A DNA stretch of 32,000 nucleotides from Planctomycetales bacterium (GTDB lineage: Bacteria > 4484-113 > JAFGCY01), in contig CP060262.1 in NCBI GenBank assembly GCA_022646745.1, forward strand, positions 1-32,000, read 5' to 3'. A program made the translations under genes and the position numbers. The notes below the pieces were generated by a model. The model did not search any database, had not been told where the DNA came from, and was given only the letters and a program-made list of their open reading frames with translations. Of the stretch, positions 18,261-27,500 are shown piece after piece; position 1 is the stretch's first letter; every line of letters starts with the position of its first letter.

Positions 18261-18288
18261 TGCGAGGCGCATCCTATAATAGCCCGTC

Positions 18289-19437
18289 ATGCTGCTTGGC
18301 ACAGAACTTGCCCTGACCGTCCTCAGCCTTGCCCTGATCCTTGTCGCCGCCGAGATATTCACCAATGCGGTTGAGTGGCTCGGCGTGCGCCTGCGGCTGG
18401 ACAGTGGCGTGGTCGGCAGCATCCTCGCAGCGGTCGGTACGGCAATGCCGGAGACGATCATCCCGGTGGTGGCGATCGCCAAGGACATCGCCAACAACCA
18501 GCTGCATACGCCGGAGTCTGAATCGCAGGCAATCGGCATGGGTGCGATCATCGGCGCGCCCTTCATGCTGTCCACGCTGGCCTTCTTCATAGTCGGCCTG
18601 ACCTACTACGTCGCCCGGCGCAAGGACAACCGCCCGACGGAGTTCACCGCCAGCGCCCGCGTGTTCCGCACTGACATCGAATTCTTCCTTGTTGCCTTCT
18701 CGATCGGCATCGGGATGGGCCTCATCAACCATTTCTGGCGCCTGCCGTACTGGATCACCGCCGCCGTCGGCCTGTGCACGATCATCCTCTACTTCTACTA
18801 CGTGATGCAGATGTTCCGGCTGGGTGAGCAGCAGGCTGACAACTCGGTGGATGCTGAGGATGTGGGGCATGACGAGGAGCTGCACCCGCTGTGGCTGACG
18901 CGCTGGTACCTCGGCCCGAAGACAGAGCCGAAGAAGCGCTTCATCGTGGTCCAGCTCGGGCTGGCGCTGATGATGATGTTCTTCGGGGCGCACATGTTCG
19001 TCGAGCACCTGAGCCCGCTGGCACTGGCCTGGGGCATCGACCCGCTGATCCTCGCGCTGCTGATCACCCCGGTGGCAACCGAGCTGCCGGAGAAGTTCAA
19101 CTCCGTGCTGTGGGTCAACCGCGGCAAGGACACCCTGGCACTTGGCAACATCAGCGGAGCACTGGTGTTCCAGAGCACTTTCCCCGTGGCCATCGGCCTG
19201 TGGTTCCTCGACTGGGACCTCGGCCCGGCCTCACCGGCCTTCATCGGCAGCGTGCTCGGCATCCTCGGGGCACTGCTCGTCTACTCCGGCCTGCGCCGCA
19301 CGGGAAAGGTCAACCCGAAGCTGCTGCTGGCGGCCGGCAGCCTGTACATCATCTACATAGTGATCGTGGTGCTGCACATCAGCGGAATGATCCACCTGGA
19401 CGTGCCACATCTGGTCGGGCACGGCGGGGCGCATTGA
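18289..19437 (+). CDS. CaCA-family sodium/calcium (cation) exchanger membrane protein
   Basis: Two alpha-repeat-like motifs, GSILAAVGTAMPETIIP and LGNISGALVFQSTFPVAIG. About 10 hydrophobic helices. Confidence 0.8.
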   Translation: MLLGTELALTVLSLALILVAAEIFTNAVEWLGVRLRLDSGVVGSILAAVGTAMPETIIPVVAIAKDIANNQLHTPESESQAIGMGAIIGAPFMLSTLAFFIVGLTYYVARRKDNRPTEFTASARVFRTDIEFFLVAFSIGIGMGLINHFWRLPYWITAAVGLCTIILYFYYVMQMFRLGEQQADNSVDAEDVGHDEELHPLWLTRWYLGPKTEPKKRFIVVQLGLALMMMFFGAHMFVEHLSPLALAWGIDPLILALLITPVATELPEKFNSVLWVNRGKDTLALGNISGALVFQSTFPVAIGLWFLDWDLGPASPAFIGSVLGILGALLVYSGLRRTGKVNPKLLLAAGSLYIIYIVIVVLHISGMIHLDVPHLVGHGGAH

Positions 19438-19460
19438 GCCTGTATCCGCTGGCGGGATTC

Positions 19461-21218
19461 CTAGCTCGCCGGCAGGTCCGGCGCACGGTGGCTGTGCATC
19501 TCCACCCAGTCGCCATTCTCCTGCAGCGCTTCCATCCCGATTTCGCGGAACAGACCACCAGCGCGCTGCGTGTCAGCTGACTTCAGCAGCCTTTCGATCT
19601 GCTTGCCGCCTTCGCGGAACATGTCGCTGGCACGCTGGTACTGCAGCTGCTCATCCTCGTAGGAGACCTTCTCGGTGTAATGCGAGATCAGTCCACCGAG
19701 CACAAACAGCATTGCCACCAGCAGGATGCAGCGGCTGAGGATGTCCCCGGTCAGGCCATCATCAACTCTCGAATTGAAGCACCAGTAATGCACGCCGATC
19801 AGGAACAATGAACCAAGCACTGCCAGTGAGAAGAGCACGGTGCGCCAGCGTTCCAGCCGGTGGCTGTCAGATTCCCGCTTGCGCGCCCGTCCGGCATAGA
19901 AGTTGCGCTGGGATGTGACCCAGGCTTCATTGACAAACTGCTGGCGGGCCTGCAGCTCAGCTTCACCGGCCGGCTGTGGCTGCACCTGACGCTCGTGCAG
20001 CGGCACCAGCCAGGCCTGCACCGCCCAGCGGATCCAGCGCAGTTCAGACTGGTGCTTGTTGAGGTAGTAGTCATGCACCTCATCCTCCAGTCCGGCGATC
20101 TGCCAGTAGTACTGCACGCGCATGCCCTCCGCCAGGGCGCGGTAATTCAGGTAGCGGCTGTGGCTGATGCGGCTGTTGCGCAGGCGCAGCAGGGCGAGCA
20201 GCATCCCGAGCGGAAATCCGACCAGTACAAGCGCACCCCAGCTGTAGGAGGAGAAAGCCTCGTCATACAACTCAAGGCAGGTATAGCCGACACCGGAGAG
20301 GATCAGGAGCATCACGAGGTCGCGGATGTGGCGGGTCTTGAACAGCACCGCCAGGCCGTCCGCTGCTGCGAAGCGCCAGCGCAGCAGGCCGAGCGCTCGG
20401 TCCTCTTCCAGTATCGGCGGGCAGCCCAGCCAGCCGGCCAGGGTCGTCATCCGCGCGCCGACCAGCTCCCACTGCAGGTGGATGTCACGGTTGTAGAGTT
20501 CAATGTTGCCAAGGGTCTGGCTGTAGATCCGCTGCTCCTCGCGGTCGTCACGGTCACGGTCCGGGTACATCCAGCGCACCGGCGGTTCAGGTGCAGCAAT
20601 GCCCGCCGTGTTTTCGCGCGGTGCGAGGATATGCAACACCGGGCCGGCACTGGCCGGTTCCTGGATGCTGCCGCGGGTGTCCTCGAGGTCGGCCACGCCG
20701 TGCAGCACGATGTTCACGAATTCAGCCGTACTGCCGGGACCGCGCGAACCCTCACCATCCCACAGCACGATGCCATAGTGGCTGTAGCGCGCGATGTATT
20801 CGGCCAGCGCACTGTAGCAGAACTGCCGCTCAGTGTGGTCCGTCGGGTCAAGCTGCCTGCCCGCCAGCTGCATCGGCAGCTCGAACCAGTGGTCCACCTG
20901 CCCCAGCAGCTCGTTGAATTCAGCCAGTGCTCCCGGATCAGTGAAGTCCCTGCGGTATTCCTCCAGCGGCATCGGCAGGGGCGCCACAACGCTGACGCGC
21001 TCCATCGAAAGCCCGACGCGTGCGGCGAGGAAATCCGCCCCGATCGCCAGCGCGGTCAGCAGCATCACCGGGGAATGGGGATGCGCATGAAGGATCGCCT
21101 GGATTTCCCGCCGCAGCACACGCTCCAGCGCGTCAATGGAATCCGCCCCGAGGTAACGGTGTCCGGAGACACCGATCACGATCGGGACAAGGGCCTGCTC
21201 GCGGGTGTGATCCGGCAC
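19461..21218 (-). CDS. SLOG-like Rossmannoid sensor domain fused to two tandem SLATT-like 2TM modules (uncharacterised)
   Basis: N-terminal motifs IVIGVSGHR, LTALAIGADFLAARV, GSRGPGSTAEFV. Two TM pairs (LVMLLILSGVGYTCLELY/WGALVLVGFPLGMLLALL and VLFSLAVLGSLFLIGVHYW/CILLVAMLFVLGGLISHY). Each pair is followed by a Tyr-rich helix (RYLNYRALAEGMRVQYYW; YTEKVSYEDEQLQYQRA). The start was moved from the tracked GTG 21338 to GTG 21218 (or TTG 21269), because 21275..21338 is occupied by the rRNA trailer stem and terminator. Confidence 0.6.
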   Translation of the reverse strand: MPDHTREQALVPIVIGVSGHRYLGADSIDALERVLRREIQAILHAHPHSPVMLLTALAIGADFLAARVGLSMERVSVVAPLPMPLEEYRRDFTDPGALAEFNELLGQVDHWFELPMQLAGRQLDPTDHTERQFCYSALAEYIARYSHYGIVLWDGEGSRGPGSTAEFVNIVLHGVADLEDTRGSIQEPASAGPVLHILAPRENTAGIAAPEPPVRWMYPDRDRDDREEQRIYSQTLGNIELYNRDIHLQWELVGARMTTLAGWLGCPPILEEDRALGLLRWRFAAADGLAVLFKTRHIRDLVMLLILSGVGYTCLELYDEAFSSYSWGALVLVGFPLGMLLALLRLRNSRISHSRYLNYRALAEGMRVQYYWQIAGLEDEVHDYYLNKHQSELRWIRWAVQAWLVPLHERQVQPQPAGEAELQARQQFVNEAWVTSQRNFYAGRARKRESDSHRLERWRTVLFSLAVLGSLFLIGVHYWCFNSRVDDGLTGDILSRCILLVAMLFVLGGLISHYTEKVSYEDEQLQYQRASDMFREGGKQIERLLKSADTQRAGGLFREIGMEALQENGDWVEMHSHRAPDLPAS

Positions 21219-21277
21219 CGCATAACAATATCGGTTGGATGGGATTGCTGCAATGGCGAATGTTGGCAATCCGGCCC

Positions 21278-21315
21278 AGAAAACAGAACGCCCGGAAGGC
21301 CAATGGCCTCCCGGG
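21278..21315 (-). terminator. Intrinsic terminator of the 16S transcription unit
   Basis: Minus-strand CCCGGGAGGCC-ATT-GGCCTTCCGGG (11-bp stem, one mismatch; 21315..21291), followed by CGTTCTGTTTTCT (21290..21278). Confidence 0.65.
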
Positions 21316-21326
21316 CTGGATTGACT

Positions 21327-21338
21327 TGAGTTTTGCAC
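21327..21338 (-). other. 3' arm of the pre-16S processing stem (pairs with 23044..23055)
   Basis: Plus-strand tgagttttgcac (21327..21338) is the exact reverse complement of gtgcaaaactca (23044..23055). Each arm lies about 105 nt from the mature 16S end. Weaker pairing continues beyond with bulges. Confidence 0.7.
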
Positions 21339-21442
21339 TAGGTCACCGATCCCTGCCGACGGACATGATGCCTTCGGTCAGGTTAATGAAAGGTGATCGA
21401 CCTGAGATGGAAACGGTGTTACCCGTTTCTGTAAATCTCTTA

Positions 21443-22939
<1,497 letters not shown>

Positions 22940-22969
22940 TTGTCCATAAAATCACAAAGGATTAATGGG

Positions 22970-23055
22970 GGACCTGGTCAGAACCAGGTCCAGTTTGTTC
23001 GTAATGAATGATTGGACAGTCCGAAAAAACTGTCCGATCACTGGTGCAAAACTCA
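22970..23055 (-). other. 16S leader: 5' processing-stem arm plus two leader hairpins
   Basis: 5' arm at 23044..23055. Hairpin GGACAGT-TTTTTCGG-ACTGTCC (23014..23035). Hairpin GGACCTGGT-TCTG-ACCAGGTCC (22970..22991). Confidence 0.6.
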
Positions 23056-23125
23056 GATTGTCAATGTTCTGCCTGATTGAGGGGACACGCTACGGAGAGC
23101 GAGCCCCATCGCTCAAGGGACTGGA

Positions 23126-23166
23126 AGTATAACCCTGCCTCCAATCCCTGTCAATGGTTTTTCTGG
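23126..23166 (-). promoter_or_regulatory. rRNA promoter: A-rich UP-like tract, TTGACA, 17 nt, TATACT
   Basis: Minus strand reads CCAGAAAAACCA TTGACA GGGATTGGAGGCAGGGT TATACT. The -35 is at 23154..23149 and the -10 at 23131..23126, about 180 nt upstream of mature 16S. Confidence 0.7.
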
Positions 23167-23232
23167 ATTTCGGCGAAAATCACCCCGAAATTTCCCATGT
23201 CAGCGCTCAGGCGGCATCCAGACAGGGCTGCG

Positions 23233-23259
23233 GTTGACGGATTGTTGATGCCCGTCAAC
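23233..23259 (-). terminator. Candidate terminator/insulator hairpin after the SDR gene (GTTGACGG-11 nt-CCGTCAAC)
   Basis: 8-bp stem 37 nt after the stop at 23296, with no U-tract. A second hairpin ATTTCGG..CCGAAAT (23167..23191) lies just upstream of the rRNA promoter. Confidence 0.3.
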
Positions 23260-23295
23260 AGAAAGTTGCCTCAAACAGGCTCAGATCCGGGCGTA

Positions 23296-24006
23296 TCAGT
23301 AGACCCGGCCGCCGTCCACCGTGATCTCCTGGCCGTTCACGAAGGATGATTCAGCTGAGGCCAGCCAGGCCACCACATTCGCCACCTCAGCCGGGCTGGC
23401 AGGCCGTCCCATGGCGATCGGCGAGAGGTTCTTCTCGCTGACCGGATGGTTGTCCACGAAGCCTGGCAGCACATTGTTCATGCGGATGCCCTGCGACGCG
23501 TGCTGCGAGGCGAACAGCTGGGTGTAGTTGCCGAGTGCAGCCCGCAGCGCGCAGCTGACCGGGTAGTCGCTGTTAGGGTTGATCGCCGCGGCACTGGAGA
23601 TGTTGACGAACACCCCGCCACCCTGCCCCGCCATCACCGGCGTGACCAGCCGGGCCAGCCGCGCCACGCTGAGGAAGTACATCTCCATGCCCTCGATCCA
23701 CTGCTCGTCGGTGATATCCGTCAACGCACCCTTCGCTGCGTGGCCGGTGTTGCAGACCACGCAGTCCACCCGGCCGTACTGGCCCAGTGCACCATGGAAC
23801 AGTTTCTTCAGGTCATTGAAGTCAGTCACGCTGCCCTGCACATGGAATGCGCCAAGCTCCTCCGCCAGTGGCACCACGGCCTCGCTGCGGGACATCAGCG
23901 CCAGGCGAAAGCCCTTTGCATGCAATGCACGGGCGCAGGCTTCACCGATCCCCCTGGAAGCGGCGGTAACCAGTGCCACCGGTTTGCTCAGCTCAGGGTT
24001 CGTCAC
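23296..24006 (-). CDS. Short-chain dehydrogenase/reductase (SDR) family oxidoreductase
   Basis: TAASRGIGEA cofactor motif, NISS, and the catalytic Y-x3-A/K region. GTG at 24006 overlaps the upstream TGA (GTGA, 24006..24003), so it is preferred over the tracked 24054 start. Confidence 0.85.
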   Translation of the reverse strand: MTNPELSKPVALVTAASRGIGEACARALHAKGFRLALMSRSEAVVPLAEELGAFHVQGSVTDFNDLKKLFHGALGQYGRVDCVVCNTGHAAKGALTDITDEQWIEGMEMYFLSVARLARLVTPVMAGQGGGVFVNISSAAAINPNSDYPVSCALRAALGNYTQLFASQHASQGIRMNNVLPGFVDNHPVSEKNLSPIAMGRPASPAEVANVVAWLASAESSFVNGQEITVDGGRVY

Positions 24007-24878
24007 AGCTGTCCGTCCTCCCTGGCATAGAAGCGGACCAGCGGCAACAGCCACTTCATGAAGCGCACCTCCAGCTCGCTGTCAGTTGCGCTGTAGCTGC
24101 GGTCGGCTGTGTCAAACACACTGACCGCCGGATGGCGCAGCCCGCTGTGGGTCAGCATGATGCCGTCCCGCTCGTATCCGTCATTCGGCCAGTTGCCAAT
24201 TTCGGCAGCTGGCAGCTCCTCACCGGGCTGCAATTGCGGGGCTCCCTCACAGAAGTGATCCAGCAGGGCACACATGATGTTGTATTTGTCCACCGGACTG
24301 CGCGGTTCAAAGAGACGCCCCATCCTCTCAGTCATGTCCCGGGCGGGGTTGCCACCCCAGACACTGTCTGCGGGCATGTCCTTCGTCAGCACTGCGCCGG
24401 CCAGCAGCAGGCTGCGCGTGCCGATCGCGACCGGGGCCACGCTGCACTGCACGCCGATCCAGCAGTCCTCCCCGAGGCTCAGGGGCTTGCGGCTGTTGAA
24501 GCGGCAGCCCTGCAGGATGTCCCCGCCGGAGAAATGTGTCCACAGGTTGGCATAGGAACTGATCGTGCAGCCCCTGCCGATTTCAAGCCTGTCGCTGCAG
24601 TTGAGCACGGCATTCTGACCGACCCAGCAGCACGCTCCGATGCTGACCGGGCCGTAGCCATAGATCAGTGTGTGGTTGTGGATCACCGTGTAGTCGCCAA
24701 TTTCGATATGCGGGGCGAGGATCGTCACATCATGGCCGATGGCCACATGCCGGCCGAGCTTCAGTGTCTGGGCCGGGCCGACGATCCCGCCGATGCGGCT
24801 GCGCTGGCCGACGTACACATTGAGGCCCAGCTCGCTGTCAATCGCGTTGATGTCCGGCCCGCTGGTCTCGTTGCTCAT
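24003..24878 (-). CDS. Left-handed beta-helix (hexapeptide-repeat) acyltransferase
   Basis: Repeated [LIV]-G-x4 hexads, e.g. VYVGQRSRIGGIVGP, VAIGHDVTILAP, IEIGDYTVIHNHTLI, VSIGACCWVGQNAVL. GGAG lies 7 nt before the ATG. Confidence 0.8.
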   Translation of the reverse strand: MSNETSGPDINAIDSELGLNVYVGQRSRIGGIVGPAQTLKLGRHVAIGHDVTILAPHIEIGDYTVIHNHTLIYGYGPVSIGACCWVGQNAVLNCSDRLEIGRGCTISSYANLWTHFSGGDILQGCRFNSRKPLSLGEDCWIGVQCSVAPVAIGTRSLLLAGAVLTKDMPADSVWGGNPARDMTERMGRLFEPRSPVDKYNIMCALLDHFCEGAPQLQPGEELPAAEIGNWPNDGYERDGIMLTHSGLRHPAVSVFDTADRSYSATDSELEVRFMKWLLPLVRFYAREDGQL

Positions 24879-24889
24879 TGACCTGCTCC

Positions 24890-25540
24890 CTACTCTGAAC
24901 CACCGGCATCGCTGCCAACGCCGCTGCCATCCTTACCTGCCTGTTCCCTGGCCAGCTCCTCGCGGCTCTCGATTGCCTCGGCGGAATCCATGTCCAGTGT
25001 GGTGCCGTCGAACTCGCGCTTGAAGATCACCTTGCGGGCGAAGTCCGGCGGGTTGCCATAGGCCACCAGCTCCGGGTTGCTCATCTGGTACATCCACCAG
25101 TCGCCGCCGGTTCGTACCCAGACCGTCGGATCCAGCGCCATGCTGACGACCTGGCCCTCCACGTATACGTCATGCACACCCTTGATCAGGGCCCAGTCAC
25201 CCTCCAGCCGGATTTCCATTCCATCCACGGAAACAGCCGCAGCGGTCTGCTCTAGGTCATTCCTGTGGGCTTCGTCGAAGTCCGTCTCGAAGCTGTCCTT
25301 CCAGCGGCGGGCCTTCTTGTTGAGTTCCGCGCTGTCCGCCGTCTGCTGGGCGGGCGTGTACAGCTGCACCATAGTGTAATAGTCGAACCTGGCGCTGGCC
25401 CTGTAGAACTGCAGCGCGCGCTCCTGCAGGCGGGCCTCTCCGCTGTCAGCCGGAGGGTGGTAGACCGCTGAGTTGCGCATGCCAAGCACCGCCGCCACAG
25501 CGATCACGATCAGCGAAAGCAGCCAGCGCATTGCCTGCAT
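24890..25540 (-). CDS. Membrane-anchored hypothetical protein
   Basis: 216 aa. N-terminal TM WLLSLIVIAVAAVLG. Acidic, Gly/Ser-rich C-terminal tail. First gene of the 25540->23296 minus-strand cluster. Confidence 0.55.
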   Translation of the reverse strand: MQAMRWLLSLIVIAVAAVLGMRNSAVYHPPADSGEARLQERALQFYRASARFDYYTMVQLYTPAQQTADSAELNKKARRWKDSFETDFDEAHRNDLEQTAAAVSVDGMEIRLEGDWALIKGVHDVYVEGQVVSMALDPTVWVRTGGDWWMYQMSNPELVAYGNPPDFARKVIFKREFDGTTLDMDSAEAIESREELAREQAGKDGSGVGSDAGGSE

Positions 25541-25594
25541 GGGGACTATGATAGCAAGCCTCTATTACAATGGGTGCCCAGTGGAGGCCGCAAC

Positions 25595-25978
25595 TTGCAG
25601 ATCCTGACCCACAGCCTGCTGGTCGGAGCCGGTGGATTCGCCGGAGCACTGGCGCGCTACTGGCTGGCCGGCTTCATCGCCGCCCGCAGCGGGGGCAACT
25701 TCCCCTGGGGGATCCTCGCCGTTAATGTGATCGGCAGTTTCCTGATGGCACTCCTGCTGGCATACCTGCCTGAGAAGTTCGGCCCTTCCGAAACCGTCCG
25801 CCTGCTGGTCAGCGTGGGCTTCATGGGCAGCTTCACCACATTCAGCACCTTCAGCGTTGACAGCTATGGCCTGCTTACCGGCGGGGAGCCCGGGCGTGCA
25901 ATCCTGAACATCGGGCTGAACGTGGTGCTCGGCCTGCTGGCGGTCTGGGCCGCCTTTGCGATTGCCCGGCCGGCATAG
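25595..25978 (+). CDS. crcB: Fluoride ion channel CrcB/FluC
   Basis: GAGGFAGALARY, NVIGSFLMALL and GFMGSFTTFSTFS motifs. TTG at 25595 is preceded by GGAGG (25583..25587) with a 7-nt spacer, so it is preferred over the tracked GTG at 25574. Confidence 0.85.
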   Translation: MQILTHSLLVGAGGFAGALARYWLAGFIAARSGGNFPWGILAVNVIGSFLMALLLAYLPEKFGPSETVRLLVSVGFMGSFTTFSTFSVDSYGLLTGGEPGRAILNIGLNVVLGLLAVWAAFAIARPA

Positions 25979-26022
25979 CCGACGGTGCTAGAATCTCTGC
26001 GATCCCTCCCGCGAGGCAATAC

Positions 26023-26673
26023 ATGAAGATCTTCATTGACACCGCCAACCTTGATGAAATCCGCCGCGCCGCCGAAATGGGCGTGCTTGACGGCGTGACC
26101 ACCAACCCTTCGCTCGTGGCGAAGGAGAAGTGCAACTTCAAGGAGCGCGTGATCGAGATCTGCAACATCGTGGATGGCCCGGTCAGTGCGGAAGTGGTGG
26201 CGACTGACACCGCGGGGATCCTGAGCGAAGGCCGCGAGATCGCGGGCTGGCACAAGAACATAGTGGTCAAGGTGCCGCTGATTGACGACGGCATCAAGGC
26301 CATCGTGCAGTTCTCGAAGGAAGGGATCCGCACCAACTGCACGCTGTGCTTCAGCGCGGTGCAGGCCTACATCGCCGCCAAGGCTGGTGCGACCTACATC
26401 TCGCCCTTCGCCGGCCGCCTCGATGACATTGGCCATGACGGGCTCGAGATCATCGGGCAGATCCGCCAGATCTATGACAACTACGGCTACGAGACGGAGA
26501 TCCTCGCCGCCAGCCTGCGCCACCCGAAGCATGTGCTGGAAGCGCTGATGATCGGCGCGGACGTGGCCACCATCCCGGGTAGCATCATCAGCATGCTGAC
26601 CAGGCACCCGCTGACTGACAAGGGCCTCGCAAGCTTCCTCGCCGACTGGGAGAAGGTGAAGGACCTCGTGTAG
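26023..26673 (+). CDS. tal: Transaldolase-family enzyme (short TalC/Fsa-type, fructose-6-phosphate aldolase-like)
   Basis: 216 aa. MKIFIDTANLDEIR, GVTTNPSL, KVPLIDDGIKA (Schiff-base Lys context), ISPFAGRLDD. Extended -10-like TGcTAGAAT at 25996..26004. Confidence 0.9.
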   Translation: MKIFIDTANLDEIRRAAEMGVLDGVTTNPSLVAKEKCNFKERVIEICNIVDGPVSAEVVATDTAGILSEGREIAGWHKNIVVKVPLIDDGIKAIVQFSKEGIRTNCTLCFSAVQAYIAAKAGATYISPFAGRLDDIGHDGLEIIGQIRQIYDNYGYETEILAASLRHPKHVLEALMIGADVATIPGSIISMLTRHPLTDKGLASFLADWEKVKDLV

Positions 26674-26718
26674 GAGGTCAGGCCCATGGCCTGACAGGGG
26701 TCCAATCCCATGGATTGG
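26673..26718 (+). repeat. Second copy of the two-hairpin module (TAGGAGG-tcaggcc-cat-ggcctga ... ccaatcc-cat-ggattgg)
   Basis: About 43 of 50 nt identical to 915..964. It starts on the last base of the tal TAG stop. Confidence 0.8.
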
Positions 26719-26778
26719 CTGGGAAGTTTGGCGCTTGGAGTGCGGAGTATGGAGCGCGAGCCTTCAGCTCGAATGCAG

Positions 26779-27273
26779 TCAGTCCTTTGCTTCCCGATCC
26801 GCCAGCAGCTTAAGCACCAGGTCTTCCAGTACAGCGATCCGTGAGCTCATCTGCCTTATCTGCCGATCCATTTCCGGAACCTTGGTTGACAGCAGTTCAA
26901 TGATCCTGGCTTTGCCAAATGGCAAAAAGTGGTCCCAGTAGCTGACCGAGTGTCCAGACAGGCATTCCTGCATGCCACTGGCCGGCAGGAATGATATTGC
27001 ATCATTCTTCAGTCCGATCTTGTCTATGCGATCCAGCAGGTGATTCCTTGGAATCAGTGGATCACTGAACTCCTTGCCCCTGAAATTCTGCAGGCTGCCC
27101 ACCGCCTTTGCCACGGTTGAGCTGTAGTCGCTATCCAGCAGGTCTGCTGAGTCGGAGCCTACCTTCGCCAGCAGCTGCTGTACATTGGCCAGCTGAAGTT
27201 CAAGCCTTGACATTCCATCCATGGGATAGGAAGCTTCCTGAGTTTCCCCGCTTGCATCAGGATTGTCATTCAT
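26779..27273 (-). CDS. Hypothetical protein (164 aa), low-GC gene
   Basis: Intact ORF with a coiled-coil-like C-terminus. No recognisable motif. GC is about 47%, against about 65% in the adjacent tal. Confidence 0.45.
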   Translation of the reverse strand: MNDNPDASGETQEASYPMDGMSRLELQLANVQQLLAKVGSDSADLLDSDYSSTVAKAVGSLQNFRGKEFSDPLIPRNHLLDRIDKIGLKNDAISFLPASGMQECLSGHSVSYWDHFLPFGKARIIELLSTKVPEMDRQIRQMSSRIAVLEDLVLKLLADREAKD

Positions 27274-27383
27274 GGCAATCTCCAGTCAGTTGTCAGATTG
27301 GGCAGTGCTTGTCAGCCCCCGATGCTGCGTGCTCAATGCTCGCGCTCCGTTTGCCGAAACCCGAAACCGGATCCCCGAAACCC

Positions 27384-27485
27384 GTTGTCAGACTTTCGTC
27401 TGACCTCCTTGCCTACTGCCCTTTGCCTTCTCCAAACTCCCCACCCCAAACTCAAACCTTGTCAGACTATCGTCTGACCTCCCTG
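27384..27485 (-). repeat. Direct repeat of a ~29-nt unit containing a GGAGG-abutted hairpin (GGAGG-TCAGAC-GAAA/GATA-GTCTGA)
   Basis: Plus-strand ttgtcagacTTTCgtctgacctcc (27385..27408) and ttgtcagacTATCgtctgacctcc (27459..27482), 74 nt apart, in the 3' region of the CDGSH gene. ccgaaac mini-repeats at 27352..27382. Confidence 0.75.
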
Positions 27486-27500
27486 ACCACCGACCACTGA

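Noticed and set aside
18261-18288. tgcg-agg-cgca mini-palindrome between the kinase stop and the CaCA start as a terminator
   Set aside because: The stem is only 4 bp with no U-tract. It is more likely incidental. The TATAAT in the same spacer is noted separately as a weak leaderless-promoter candidate.
21340-21442. Spacer tRNA (Ile/Ala) or the start of a 23S gene downstream of the 16S
   Set aside because: There is no cloverleaf-capable sequence and no 23S 5' motif. The segment folds into small hairpins (GAAACGG-gtaaca-CCGTTTC) and leads into the stem arm and terminator.
23036-23064. Second TTGACA (23064..23059) as an rRNA P2 promoter
   Set aside because: There is no acceptable -10 at 16-18 nt (GTGATC/TGATCG). 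A start there would lie downstream of the 5' processing-stem arm (23044..23055), making the stem impossible. It may still be a weak promoter.
25541-25594. Fluoride riboswitch (crcB motif) upstream of crcB
   Set aside because: Only about 33-54 nt separate crcB from the divergent gene at 25540. The conserved crcB-motif pseudoknot elements are not visible, and there is no room for an aptamer plus expression platform.
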